Source: Candidatus Daviesbacteria bacterium | GTDB lineage: Bacteria; Patescibacteriota; Microgenomatia; Daviesbacterales; UBA10151 | Reading direction: 5' to 3' | Length of the DNA stretch: 64,000 nt | Assembly: GCA_016183305.1 (NCBI GenBank) | Contig: JACPEW010000020.1 | Span: 4,247-68,246 of the forward strand | Part shown: positions 16,552-27,302 of the stretch, in pieces | Position numbering within the stretch: the stretch's first letter is position 1 | How the letters are laid out: each line of letters starts with the position of its first letter | Made by a program: the position numbers and the translations under genes | The notes under the pieces: generated by a model | Database searches by the model: none | Seen by the model: only the letters and a program-made list of their open reading frames with translations | What the model was told of the DNA's origin: nothing

Positions 16552-17433
16552 ATGGAGAAGGCTATACTTAAGACTCTCATTTATGCTGATATCTTTGATT
16601 ACCCTTTAACTGTATTTGAAATTCATAAATGGTTAATAGGTAAAAAAGCCACCCTCAGGCAAGTAGAGAAGACTCTTTATAAGTTGAGTCGAGAGTCAAG
16701 GGTTAAGAGTCAAGGGGAATATTATTATTTACCCAGAAGAAGTAAATTAGTAAGCAAAAGATTACGCTGCGGGCAGCAGTCTTTAATATATTTTAGAAAG
16801 GCAAAGATGCTTTCTCAAATTTTAAAACTTATTCCCTGGGTAAAACTTGTAGGGATTTCTGGAGGTCTTGCGCTAAATAGTGCCTCTAAAAAGGATGATA
16901 TAGATTTATTTATTATTATCTCTAAAAACAGGTTATGGGTTAGCAGATTATTTATAATAGGACTGTTTTCTTTGATAGGCCAAAGAAGGAAAAAAGGTGA
17001 CCAGGGAAGAAAAATTGCAGGCAAATTCTGTATCAATATCCTGCTTGAAGAAGATAAATTAGAGCAGCAAAATAAAGATATTTTTATAGCACATGAACTA
17101 TTACAAATGAAACCTTTATGGTTTAGAGGCGGGATTTATTCTAAATATCTTTTAGATAATGAGTGGGTTTTTAAATCTTTACCAAACTGGATAGGGAATG
17201 CCAGCCAGGAATTAAGAATTATGAATTATGAATCAAGGAGAAAGCACAAAAACCGCAATTCACTTATAAGTCTTCTAGAGAGTTTTGCTAAATGGTTTCA
17301 ACTTAAGATTATGCAGCAATCCCGAGGCATGGAGCGGATAGAAGATGGGGCTTTATACTTTCATCCAAAAGATTGCAGGCGCGGGGTTTTGTCTAAATAT
17401 AAGCAAAGAGTGAGTTTCATAATCAGTCCTTGA
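16552..17433 (+). CDS. predicted nucleotidyltransferase-fold protein with N-terminal wHTH-like region
   Basis: GISGGLALNSASKKDDIDLFII matches the G[SG]-x(9-13)-D-x-D pol-beta NTase signature. Confidence 0.45.
   Translation: MEKAILKTLIYADIFDYPLTVFEIHKWLIGKKATLRQVEKTLYKLSRESRVKSQGEYYYLPRRSKLVSKRLRCGQQSLIYFRKAKMLSQILKLIPWVKLVGISGGLALNSASKKDDIDLFIIISKNRLWVSRLFIIGLFSLIGQRRKKGDQGRKIAGKFCINILLEEDKLEQQNKDIFIAHELLQMKPLWFRGGIYSKYLLDNEWVFKSLPNWIGNASQELRIMNYESRRKHKNRNSLISLLESFAKWFQLKIMQQSRGMERIEDGALYFHPKDCRRGVLSKYKQRVSFIISP
16686..16713 (+). repeat. 28-bp block of four imperfect heptamers (GAGTCGA GAGTCAA GGGTTAA GAGTCAA)
   Basis: Read directly; lies inside the CDS (LSRESRVKSQGE). Confidence 0.85.
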
Positions 17434-17459
17434 CAAGTAGTGCTAGTGTTTGGTATAAA
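17430..17459 (+). promoter_or_regulatory. putative sigma70-type groESL promoter with a CIRCE right-half remnant
   Basis: ttgaca (17430..17435), 17-18 nt, tataaa. The spacer contains tagtgctag, 7/9 to the CIRCE half GAGTGCTAA; no left half is present. Confidence 0.45.
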
Positions 17460-17496
17460 TCATTTCTAGTTTGTAGTCTGCCCTCAATATCTTAGT

Positions 17497-17826
17497 ATGT
17501 CAAAAGTTAAAAAAGAGTCAAGAGTCAAGAGTCAAGAGTCAAGGATTAAACCTCTGATGGGTTATATACTGGTTGAACCTTCTGAGGCAGAAAGCAGGAC
17601 AGCCTTAGGTATAATCTTGCCAGAATCAGCTCAAGAAAAGCCAGCCCAGGGAAAAGTAGTAGCTTGTGGTGATGAAATGGTTTTAGAAAATGGCAAAGTG
17701 GTAAAATGCCCAGTTAGTGTTGGAGATAAAGTAGTTTACAAAAAATGGGGCGGGGATGAAATTAAAGCAGATGGCAGGGAATTAAAATTAGTAAAATTTG
17801 ATGACCTAATGGCAATATTGGAGTAA
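17497..17826 (+). CDS. groES: co-chaperonin GroES (with repeat-encoded N-terminal extension)
   Basis: IKPLMGYILVEP...GKVVACG...GDKVVYKKWGG..IK.DG.E. 16 extra N-terminal residues. Confidence 0.9.
   Translation: MSKVKKESRVKSQESRIKPLMGYILVEPSEAESRTALGIILPESAQEKPAQGKVVACGDEMVLENGKVVKCPVSVGDKVVYKKWGGDEIKADGRELKLVKFDDLMAILE
17514..17541 (+). repeat. perfect (AGAGTCA)x4, 28 bp, in the groES 5' end
   Basis: agagtcaagagtcaagagtcaagagtca read directly. Confidence 0.98.
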
Positions 17827-19446
<1,620 letters not shown>

Positions 19447-19448
19447 AA

Positions 19449-19862
19449 TTAGAAAAAAGGGTTAATTATTCTAAGGCCTTGAAATTTCTTAAAATCAGAA
19501 ACATTATCTGTTGCTATCGTAGCTATCCCATTGCTTAAAGCAGTAGCTGCCAGGTATGCATAAAATATCCTATTACCAACCAGATTATGTTTTTTTATAA
19601 GTTCAAGAAATAGGTAATAAGAAGTTTGTGTAGGAGAAATTATCCGGCATGATTGCGTGATGGCCTGGGTAGCTGTTAGTGCCATATCTAAGCTCATTGG
19701 ATTAGAAAATTTTTGGTGAGTTAATACCCTGATAGTCTCTAAAATATTTTGATGGGCAATTTCTAAATTTCTTAAATTTTCTTGTAAAAATTGCTGGGAT
19801 TTTTTATGTTTAGGAGAATCAGTATTTATAGAGTAGATTAAAATATTACTATCAATGAGCAT
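19449..19862 (-). CDS. vapC: PIN-domain toxin (VapC-like)
   Basis: MLIDSNILIY start at 19862, 2 nt after the stop (19864..19866) of the upstream antitoxin reading frame. Confidence 0.7.
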   Translation of the reverse strand: MLIDSNILIYSINTDSPKHKKSQQFLQENLRNLEIAHQNILETIRVLTHQKFSNPMSLDMALTATQAITQSCRIISPTQTSYYLFLELIKKHNLVGNRIFYAYLAATALSNGIATIATDNVSDFKKFQGLRIINPFF

Positions 19863-19863
19863 T

Positions 19864-20260
19864 TTAAATCTTAGGGTCTTGGTAAAAATCGTCACGGGTT
19901 AAATTATCCAGAGGTTCTCCCAGGTGATGGGTTTTAAAGATGATTTTTTCAGCTTTTTTTGGCGTCTTTGTCTAAATATTCTTCCAGGGCCTGGTTAAAA
20001 ATTTCCTGCAAAGCGACATCGTCTTGCAAAGCTTTCCTTTCGGGCCTTTGTGGTTGTTGTGGATGACGGGTTAAATTTAACCTTCTTGGTTCAACTGGTG
20101 CTTCAGGGAGTCTTAAAACTAATGGCTCTTCCCGTTGTGGTCTTGGTTGTTGCCCTGACCTTCTTAAAATTAAGGGAGGCCTGTGTAAAGACCTGATAGT
20201 ATCTTCCATGGCTTTATATAATCCTTCCCCATCTGTAATAGGCCTTTCGTTTTCAGGCAT
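19864..20260 (-). pseudogene. antitoxin gene interrupted by a frameshift in an A7 run
   Basis: 103-aa ORF ends ...EEYLDKDAKKS-TGA. The +1 frame continues AEKIIFKTHHLGEPLDNLTRDDFYQDPKI-stop, abutting the vapC ATG. The shift is at 19954..19960. Confidence 0.55.
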
Positions 20261-20444
20261 AGCAGCTATCTCCTCTCAAGTAATAGAGCAGCACCTGTGC
20301 CCATATTTATCCCAACCATATCCTTTGACTTTTTCTTCTAATTCACGCCTTTCTCTACTGTCTCTTTCAGCAAGTGGTTCTACCATAATAAAGATATTAT
20401 AACAGGAACACTTAAGCTTATCAGAATTTGGTACAATATTCTTG

Positions 20445-21038
20445 ATGGTTAAGTTTCATTACCGGGATTCCCCGACAGACAAACAAAAAAATACTTTTAA
20501 AAAATATTTATCTGAAGATGAAGAGCTGGTTTTGTTAACTGGTTTTTCTCAGGCCTATATTAGGTCTAAATTTATAATTTATTTATTATTCCCTGGTATG
20601 TTTTTTTTGGGATTAAGCTTGGGGTTAGGGTGGGTTTTAGGATTAGATAAAATCTTGGTATTAGTGTTAGGCTTGGTATTAATGTTTATGGCAGCAATCC
20701 TTAGGACCATGCATATTTATCATGCAAATAGGTATTTATTAACAACCAGAAGAGTAATAATTAAAAAAGGTTTATTTTCAGTAAAGCTTACTGCTGCCCT
20801 TTTTGACAAAATTACCCATTTAGAAGTTGATCAGTCATTTGTTGATAGGTTATTTTTGCACCATGGCACAATTATTATTAACACAGCTGGATTAAATAAA
20901 GGAGAAATTCAACTACAGTTTATTGATTATCCATTAGAACTTAAAAACTTGCTTGAAAGGCTTATAAACCGCGAAAGGGAGCAATTTGGACTCCGGGGAG
21001 CAACTTTAACAGAAGTAGAAGGAGAGATTATCTCTTAG
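20445..21038 (+). CDS. membrane protein with bacterial PH (bPH_2/YdbT-like) domain
   Basis: Two TM helices, then YLLTTRRVIIKKGLFSVKLTAALFDKITHLEVDQSFVDRLF..GTIII. Confidence 0.6.
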   Translation: MVKFHYRDSPTDKQKNTFKKYLSEDEELVLLTGFSQAYIRSKFIIYLLFPGMFFLGLSLGLGWVLGLDKILVLVLGLVLMFMAAILRTMHIYHANRYLLTTRRVIIKKGLFSVKLTAALFDKITHLEVDQSFVDRLFLHHGTIIINTAGLNKGEIQLQFIDYPLELKNLLERLINREREQFGLRGATLTEVEGEIIS

Positions 21039-21702
21039 CTAAAGTAGGCAAATTAGATATTTTTGGAAGTAAAGCCTGAGGGTCAATGAATCTGCCATCT
21101 TTAGTAATCTCCAAGTGGGTGTGAGGGCCAGAGGTCCTGCCAGTTAATCCTACTTCTCCCAGGGTGTTTTCAGAAAGTACCTTATCCCCAACTTTTACGT
21201 AAATTTTTCCCATATGGCTATATTTTGACTTAAAACCATTTTGATGGGCTACTACTACAAAATTGCCTAAACCGAATAAATCCCTGCCTACTTCTGAAAC
21301 TTCCCCTTCAGTAATAGAGTGAATTGGCATCCCCAAGCCTGTAGCAAGGTCTATACCAGGGTGATAAGAGGCAAACTTAGTAGTTAAATAACCTGGATGT
21401 GGCAACACAAGCGGTTTAGAAAAAGACTCTGCAATAACCTCTCCTGTTTGCTCCAAAGATTCAGCTTGAACAATGGACCTTTTAACAGGTGGGATAGCTA
21501 AGGTAGGGTAATAACCTGCAAAGTTGAGCAAAATAAAGAGAAATATAACAAGCCTTGTAAACCTATGAGGAACCCTAGGCTTGATTTTCGGAAGCTTCTG
21601 AGTTAGGGCATCCCTTTCAGAAACTGTCTTAGACAGAAGGTTTTTGTGCCTTATTAGCACAAGACAAAGCTGTATGATAGCAAATCCTGCCTCAAAAGTC
21701 AA
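21028..21702 (-). CDS. M23 family metallopeptidase
   Basis: HPGIDLA ... GLTGRTSGPHTHLEI (H-x-x-x-D and H-x-H motifs). TTG start is uncertain. Confidence 0.8.
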   Translation of the reverse strand: MTFEAGFAIIQLCLVLIRHKNLLSKTVSERDALTQKLPKIKPRVPHRFTRLVIFLFILLNFAGYYPTLAIPPVKRSIVQAESLEQTGEVIAESFSKPLVLPHPGYLTTKFASYHPGIDLATGLGMPIHSITEGEVSEVGRDLFGLGNFVVVAHQNGFKSKYSHMGKIYVKVGDKVLSENTLGEVGLTGRTSGPHTHLEITKDGRFIDPQALLPKISNLPTLAKR

Positions 21703-21727
21703 AGGTTAGGGTATAATTAAAATATTC

Positions 21728-22531
21728 ATGAAAAAATTTCTTGTCTGGTTGTTAGTTTTTATTAGTTTAGGAGCGCTGCTTCTGCGCTTTTCTGATAAAT
21801 GGGCAGAGATCTTTTTTGGAATTAAAGCTACCAGTGGAATATCTATATTGTCTCAACCTTCTGAAGCTGTAGTTTTTATCAATGATAAGGAGGTTGGTAA
21901 AACTCCATATGAAGATAAGAACTTAGATGTTAAAGATTATCTTGTTAAACTCAGTAAAGAGGGTGCTTCTTGGCAAGGCAAAGTGGCCTTAACTGCTGGG
22001 ACAGTTACTGTTATAAACCGGGATTTATCTCCAGATCCAACCTCGTCTGCAGGAGAAATCCTAACCTTAAAGAAAGGTAAAGGTTTAACTATTACCTCTA
22101 ATCCTGCTGGAGCTGATATAGAAATAAATGGCAAATCCTATGGTAAAACACCGGTTACTCCCGGTATTGAGCCAGGCGATCATACTATTTTAGTAAATCA
22201 AGCCAATTATTTAAAAAGAAGCATCAGGGCTAATCTGCCCAAAGGGTATAATCTAACAATTTCAGTAGATTTAGCTTTATCAGAAGCAGATTTAACTGAA
22301 ATCCAAACTCCGGTAACTACTAAAACCTTGGAGATAGTGGTAAAAAATACTCCTACTGGGTTTTTGAGGGTGAGAAATAAAGCAAGTTTAAATAGTGCAG
22401 AAATAGCCAGAGTTAAACCAGGGGACAGCCTAATACTTTTAGAAGAATTAGGGTCATGGAATAGAGTGCGTTTGTCTAATAATACAGAAGGTTTTGTTTC
22501 TTCTGACTATGTGGAGAAAAAAAGCTTCTGA
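21728..22531 (+). CDS. PEGA-domain and SH3b-domain envelope protein
   Basis: Two PEGA-like units (SQPSEAVVFINDKEVGKTPYE; SNPAGADIEINGKSYGKTPV). C-terminal LRVRNKASL..GSWNRVRL..EGFVSSDYV. Confidence 0.6.
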   Translation: MKKFLVWLLVFISLGALLLRFSDKWAEIFFGIKATSGISILSQPSEAVVFINDKEVGKTPYEDKNLDVKDYLVKLSKEGASWQGKVALTAGTVTVINRDLSPDPTSSAGEILTLKKGKGLTITSNPAGADIEINGKSYGKTPVTPGIEPGDHTILVNQANYLKRSIRANLPKGYNLTISVDLALSEADLTEIQTPVTTKTLEIVVKNTPTGFLRVRNKASLNSAEIARVKPGDSLILLEELGSWNRVRLSNNTEGFVSSDYVEKKSF

Positions 22532-23188
22532 CTAGACAGAATCAATTGATGATTCTTCAATAAGTAGCGGTAGGTTTTTTACTATTAAATGTCTGCTCCG
22601 GTATTCAATTAAACCTTTTTTCTGCATTTTTTTCATCTCAATACTGACTGTTTCGCGGGCTATTCCCAATAGCTTGGCAATATCCTGATGGGTTACAGGC
22701 AAATGGACAAGAATGCCTTTTTTGTCTTGCAACCCATGTCTTTCAACAAAGATTACAATTATGGAGGCTACCTTGCTATAAGCATTGCCAAACATAGCAT
22801 GCTCCATTCTTTTTAATAGTCCACCAAAACGGGTTAAAACACGGCTGTTAATCTCAAAAAGCAGCTCATTATCATTTTTGATAAACTTAAGGAATTCTTC
22901 TCTTGGAGCTTGATAAAGTTCTACGCTAGTCATAGCATCCATATAATAAGTATGTGGTGTAGCATTAATAGCCCACATAATAGGGAAGAAATCCTCAGGC
23001 TTAAAGATGATTAAAGTTAATTCCTGGGCGTTTTTAGAAACAGAGTAAAGCTTGGTGTAGCCTTTTTTAAGGTATAAAACTCCCCTTGGTTCATCTTGGG
23101 CGCGGAGTATTGTCTCGCCTTTTTTATATAAGATTTTTTTATATTTAGAGAAAAAATTCTCAAGTTTTGCAAAAGCGCTTTTTTCCAT
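22532..23188 (-). CDS. Crp/Fnr family transcriptional regulator
   Basis: cNMP-binding-like beta-roll N-terminus and C-terminal HTH THQDIAKLLGIARETVSIEMKKMQKKGLI. Confidence 0.8.
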   Translation of the reverse strand: MEKSAFAKLENFFSKYKKILYKKGETILRAQDEPRGVLYLKKGYTKLYSVSKNAQELTLIIFKPEDFFPIMWAINATPHTYYMDAMTSVELYQAPREEFLKFIKNDNELLFEINSRVLTRFGGLLKRMEHAMFGNAYSKVASIIVIFVERHGLQDKKGILVHLPVTHQDIAKLLGIARETVSIEMKKMQKKGLIEYRSRHLIVKNLPLLIEESSIDSV

Positions 23189-23255
23189 AAGCGGATTTTA
23201 TAACTAACATACCTTAAATTACAATAATTGTATTAGTTTACGATTGGTATACTGC

Positions 23256-24188
23256 TCATACCCCTAGATAGTAAATAATTCCTAATACTAATATTCCCCA
23301 GATTAATACAGAGATAAGAAGCGGGGTATCAGTGAGGATTACCCGTTCAGGGGATTCTCCTTCCTTTTTCTCATAAATAATATAAAGGTATCTCATGACA
23401 GCATAAAGAACTACTGGAACTGTGGCCATTAAATATTTAGCTTGAGTAAATGGCAGCTCAAAACCACCTAAAATATTTGATACTACATTCCTGGCTTGAA
23501 TAGGTGGTTGCAGGAAAGCAAAGAATGCATAAGTTAACCAGGTTGAGTTGGCAAACATAGAAGTTAAAATATCTAGTAAATTTTCAGGATAATGCAATAA
23601 AGTTTCCCGGTGGCGGAAAGCTTGTGATTCCATCAAAGTCCTCTCAGATCTTCTTTTTCCAATTGCAAGAAACAGCGCAAAACTAGTAACAGAAAGCAGG
23701 AACCAAACATTCAAATGAGCATCAATTACCCACACCCCTGCATACACCCTTAAAACAAACCCGGCTGCAATAACCAATACATCAACTAAAATTACTTGCT
23801 TAAGATATGCTGAATATAATACCTGCATTATTAAATAAGCAGTTGCAGCAAAGAAAAAAGCAGGAGAGAGGCTATATGATAATGGTAAAAATAAGATAAT
23901 AAGGGCAAAAGCTATGCCGATCGCTACTGGAATAGGAATAATTCCTAAGGCAATTGGACGTTTTCTTTTAAAAGGATGGAGTTTGTCCCGCTCAATATCA
24001 AATACATCATTTAGTAAATAGGTAGCAGATGAAAAAATGCAAAACAAGGCAAAAGCTGCTAAGGTTTTAAGCTGATTTGTTGGATCAGTTAAGGTACCAG
24101 AAAAAATCAAAGCAGCAAAAACTGCAAAGTTTTTTATCCATTGTCTGGGACGGACTGCTTTGAAAAGCGCCCAAAGAAATTTAACCAT
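23256..24188 (-). CDS. UbiA-family prenyl-phosphate phosphoribosyltransferase (DPPR synthase-like)
   Basis: RPRQWIKNFAVFAALIF N-terminus and NDVFDIERDKLHPFKRKRPIA aspartate-rich motif; 8-9 TM helices. Confidence 0.65.
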   Translation of the reverse strand: MVKFLWALFKAVRPRQWIKNFAVFAALIFSGTLTDPTNQLKTLAAFALFCIFSSATYLLNDVFDIERDKLHPFKRKRPIALGIIPIPVAIGIAFALIILFLPLSYSLSPAFFFAATAYLIMQVLYSAYLKQVILVDVLVIAAGFVLRVYAGVWVIDAHLNVWFLLSVTSFALFLAIGKRRSERTLMESQAFRHRETLLHYPENLLDILTSMFANSTWLTYAFFAFLQPPIQARNVVSNILGGFELPFTQAKYLMATVPVVLYAVMRYLYIIYEKKEGESPERVILTDTPLLISVLIWGILVLGIIYYLGV

Positions 24189-25150
24189 AATATAGCTCCT
24201 AAAATAATTATTCCTACTAAGCTTGCTGCAAATAGCTTGCCGGAAGATGTTAGACTTAGGGCTGCTGCACCCAGAATAACACTTCCGGAAATGTAAAACA
24301 AGGCTATTTGCTCGTGCGTTAGACCTTTTTCTAGTAGTTTATGGTGAAGATGGCCGCGGTCTCCCCAGACAGGTGATTTGCCTTGTAAAATCCTGCGGAA
24401 AAAAGTGTAGGCAAAATCAGTGGCAGGAATAAGTAGTACTAATCCTGCTGTGGCTAGTTTTCCTCCAGACAGAATAGCTAAAACTGCGATCATAAATCCT
24501 AGTATGCCTGATCCGGAAAAACCAGGAAAAATTTTTGCTGGATGCCAATTAAAAACTAATAATCCTAAAGCAGCGCCTGCAGTAATAAAGGCCAGTTCTG
24601 GTGAAGAGTTTAATTTTAAAGATAACAATCCTAAAACTGTGGCAGAAACAACAGACACTCCTGGCATTTGGCCATCAACCCCTTTTGACCAGTTCAACAT
24701 ATTCATTACCCAGACAATCCAAATCAAAGCTAACAAGTCTGCAATTGGACCAAAATAAAGAATACCTCCCAAGGGATTGGTAATAAATGGGATGCTGACT
24801 CCGCTATAAACTGCTGCCCCTGCTGCCAAAACCTGGCCAGCAAGTCTAAGGTAAGGTGAAAAATTGTGATATTTATCATCCAGAAGTCCTATTAACAATA
24901 AAATAAAAAGCCCAATAATAATTCCAATAGTAGAAGTTTGAAAAGGAAGAAAGGCAGTTATAGCAAATATTATTCCTATAAATACAGCCAACCCTCCTGC
25001 TCTTGGCACAATCCTTTGTTGGGTATGGGCAGGGTGTAATCTTTTTTGGGGATTATCCACCAAGTTAAATTTTTTAGCAAAAGCAATGGTAACTGGTATA
25101 CAGGCAGCAGTTAAAATAAATGAAATTAAACCAGGCAAGATTAAATCCAT
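24134..25150 (-). CDS. glycosyltransferase family 4 polyprenyl-phosphate sugar-1-phosphate transferase (WecA/MraY-like)
   Basis: LLDDKY, NMLNWSKGVDGQ, multi-TM protein. Confidence 0.7.
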   Translation of the reverse strand: MDLILPGLISFILTAACIPVTIAFAKKFNLVDNPQKRLHPAHTQQRIVPRAGGLAVFIGIIFAITAFLPFQTSTIGIIIGLFILLLIGLLDDKYHNFSPYLRLAGQVLAAGAAVYSGVSIPFITNPLGGILYFGPIADLLALIWIVWVMNMLNWSKGVDGQMPGVSVVSATVLGLLSLKLNSSPELAFITAGAALGLLVFNWHPAKIFPGFSGSGILGFMIAVLAILSGGKLATAGLVLLIPATDFAYTFFRRILQGKSPVWGDRGHLHHKLLEKGLTHEQIALFYISGSVILGAAALSLTSSGKLFAASLVGIIILGAILWLNFFGRFSKQSVPDNG

Positions 25151-25151
25151 T

Positions 25152-25481
25152 TTAAATAAACATTAAAACAATTTTTATAAAAGCAATCACTAAAATTAAA
25201 CTAACTATAATTGATGCTGCAAATAAAGCAATTCTAAAAAAGGCTTGAGATTTATGCAGCTGCCAACAAATAAGCAAATTAAGAAGAGTCACGATGCTGA
25301 TACTGGCAGGAATAATTAAAAATTGACTGGATGTGGCTAATTGGTTTTCTCCCCAAGGCAGAGAATAAAACAAAGGCATTCTAGAAGGTAAATATTTTAG
25401 GGTAGTTATAATTACCGTAATTAAAATTAGACTTAAAAGCAGTGGGGATAATCCTGTCCAAAGATATAATTTCTTAGGCAT
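25152..25481 (-). CDS. small integral membrane protein
   Basis: 109 aa, three to four hydrophobic helices, in an operon with GT genes. Confidence 0.45.
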   Translation of the reverse strand: MPKKLYLWTGLSPLLLSLILITVIITTLKYLPSRMPLFYSLPWGENQLATSSQFLIIPASISIVTLLNLLICWQLHKSQAFFRIALFAASIIVSLILVIAFIKIVLMFI

Positions 25482-25484
25482 ATT

Positions 25485-27260
25485 TTAAGCTTTTTCTAAA
25501 AGCCGGGATTTGTTGGTGACTCTAAACTCTAATTTTCTGCCAAACATTAATGAAGTTTGAGCATCTATAGCCGGAATGGAGGAAATAGTTATTAAAATAA
25601 GCGGTATCAAAAGCCATTGGATATATGACCAGATGATTTTAAAAGTAGACCAATTAGCAGGTCTTTTGGGAGCTAATTTTTCATGAACAAAGATAGTGGC
25701 AAAAAGCCCAAAAAAGGTAATGGTTAATATCCAGGAAGAGATAATTGGTAAATTAACTGATAAAACCGATGCTCTAAAGTTTGGGTTTATTAGAGGGATA
25801 AGAAGGCTGCCAAAGGTGACAAATATAGCCAAAAATCCCCACTTTAAATCACCCCAGATCTTAAACAATACTCTGTCTGTTTTATCCCAGAAATCCATTT
25901 CCTTTTTAAAATATTCTTTAACAATATAAGGAATGTGTTCTACCCCATAAGCCCATCTTTTAATTTGGAAATACTGATTTTGGAAAGTTTTTAAAAGAGT
26001 TGTATCTTGGACAGCATCGCCAGAAATTGGCAAAAAATGAGGAACAACCTTATAATCTCCATTAAAATGGAAATAGGCCTTCCAGTAAAAACCATTATCA
26101 TCATTAACCTTATCCGGTATCCAAAGGCCAATATCAAGTAAAGCTTTAAGGCTGATTGACATAGAAGAGTAGTTCATATATTTATCAGATCCTACCATTT
26201 CTGCCATTTGCCAAAATGAAGTTCCTGTTGCCATAAGCCTCATTGGTGTGGGAGTTTGCCAATAATTATTATGGTATAAAAATACTCCGGTAAAAGTTCT
26301 TCTATCCCGTTCAGTTTCTGGCAATGATAAATATTTATGTAAAGCTCCTGCTAAAAATTCCGGGTGGACAACAAAGTCAGCATCTAAAGTAGTGACAAAC
26401 ACATCCTCAATTTTGATCCCTTTTTCCTGTAACTTGGGTACAATATGTTTTACCATCCAATTTTTATTTGATCCCTGGCCTGCTACTTCTCCTGTTAAAC
26501 CATATGGATGAGTAGTTATAAAAACACCAGCAATCTTTTTTTCAATCTTTTTAAGATATGCAGTAACCTCTTGAATTTTTTGAGGGTCATCCCTTTCCTC
26601 AAAGCCAACAGCAAGTAATATTTTTTCTTTAGGGTAATTAGAATTAGTAATAGCATCACAGGTTGGACCAAGGATATATAAAGCTTCTTTATATGTAGGA
26701 AGGAGTATTAAATGGTAATATTTATCCCACTCTTTAGGGTAATCTTTTTTTAACAGTTCAAGCCAGGGTTCTTTCTTGGCCCATTCAAGTTTTTTATAAC
26801 CAATCAAAATTAAGACAGCAATCCTAAAAGCTGTCAGCAACCAATACACATCAGCAATTAAAATTAAATAAGCAACAGCATAAGGGAGAGAAAAAGATAG
26901 CCAAATAGGTGAAGTTAAAGCCAACCAAGTTAAACAACCTGGTAAGATTTCTAAAAACCTTTCAAATCTGTTTTCATGCCTTAAAACAAAAGCTTGTTCT
27001 TTTTTGGCAAAAAGGATAAAACGCCTGGATAATAAATGATGGGTGATAGTGCCCGCTCCAGCGCCTATTAAAAAAAAGGATGTTAAAATATTTAATCCTT
27101 CTGGTAAATAGGTTCCACCCAATAGTCCTGTTAAAATTCCCACTGTAACGAAGATAAGTCCAATAATGCTATAGCGCAGATCTTTAATTAAGCGCTTGAT
27201 GATTTCTGAGGAGTAGAAAAATCCCAAGAATCCAATAAAAAATACCAGTAAAATCCGCAT
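25485..27260 (-). CDS. membrane-embedded family 2 glycosyltransferase with QxxRW (processive synthase-like)
   Basis: TTLDADFVV (DxD) and QIKRWAYG (Q-x-x-R-W), flanked by multiple TM helices. Confidence 0.65.
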   Translation of the reverse strand: MRILLVFFIGFLGFFYSSEIIKRLIKDLRYSIIGLIFVTVGILTGLLGGTYLPEGLNILTSFFLIGAGAGTITHHLLSRRFILFAKKEQAFVLRHENRFERFLEILPGCLTWLALTSPIWLSFSLPYAVAYLILIADVYWLLTAFRIAVLILIGYKKLEWAKKEPWLELLKKDYPKEWDKYYHLILLPTYKEALYILGPTCDAITNSNYPKEKILLAVGFEERDDPQKIQEVTAYLKKIEKKIAGVFITTHPYGLTGEVAGQGSNKNWMVKHIVPKLQEKGIKIEDVFVTTLDADFVVHPEFLAGALHKYLSLPETERDRRTFTGVFLYHNNYWQTPTPMRLMATGTSFWQMAEMVGSDKYMNYSSMSISLKALLDIGLWIPDKVNDDNGFYWKAYFHFNGDYKVVPHFLPISGDAVQDTTLLKTFQNQYFQIKRWAYGVEHIPYIVKEYFKKEMDFWDKTDRVLFKIWGDLKWGFLAIFVTFGSLLIPLINPNFRASVLSVNLPIISSWILTITFFGLFATIFVHEKLAPKRPANWSTFKIIWSYIQWLLIPLILITISSIPAIDAQTSLMFGRKLEFRVTNKSRLLEKA

Positions 27261-27302
27261 ACAGTATTGTTAAGTTTATCTTTTTGAATCTCAGAAAGCA
27301 AA

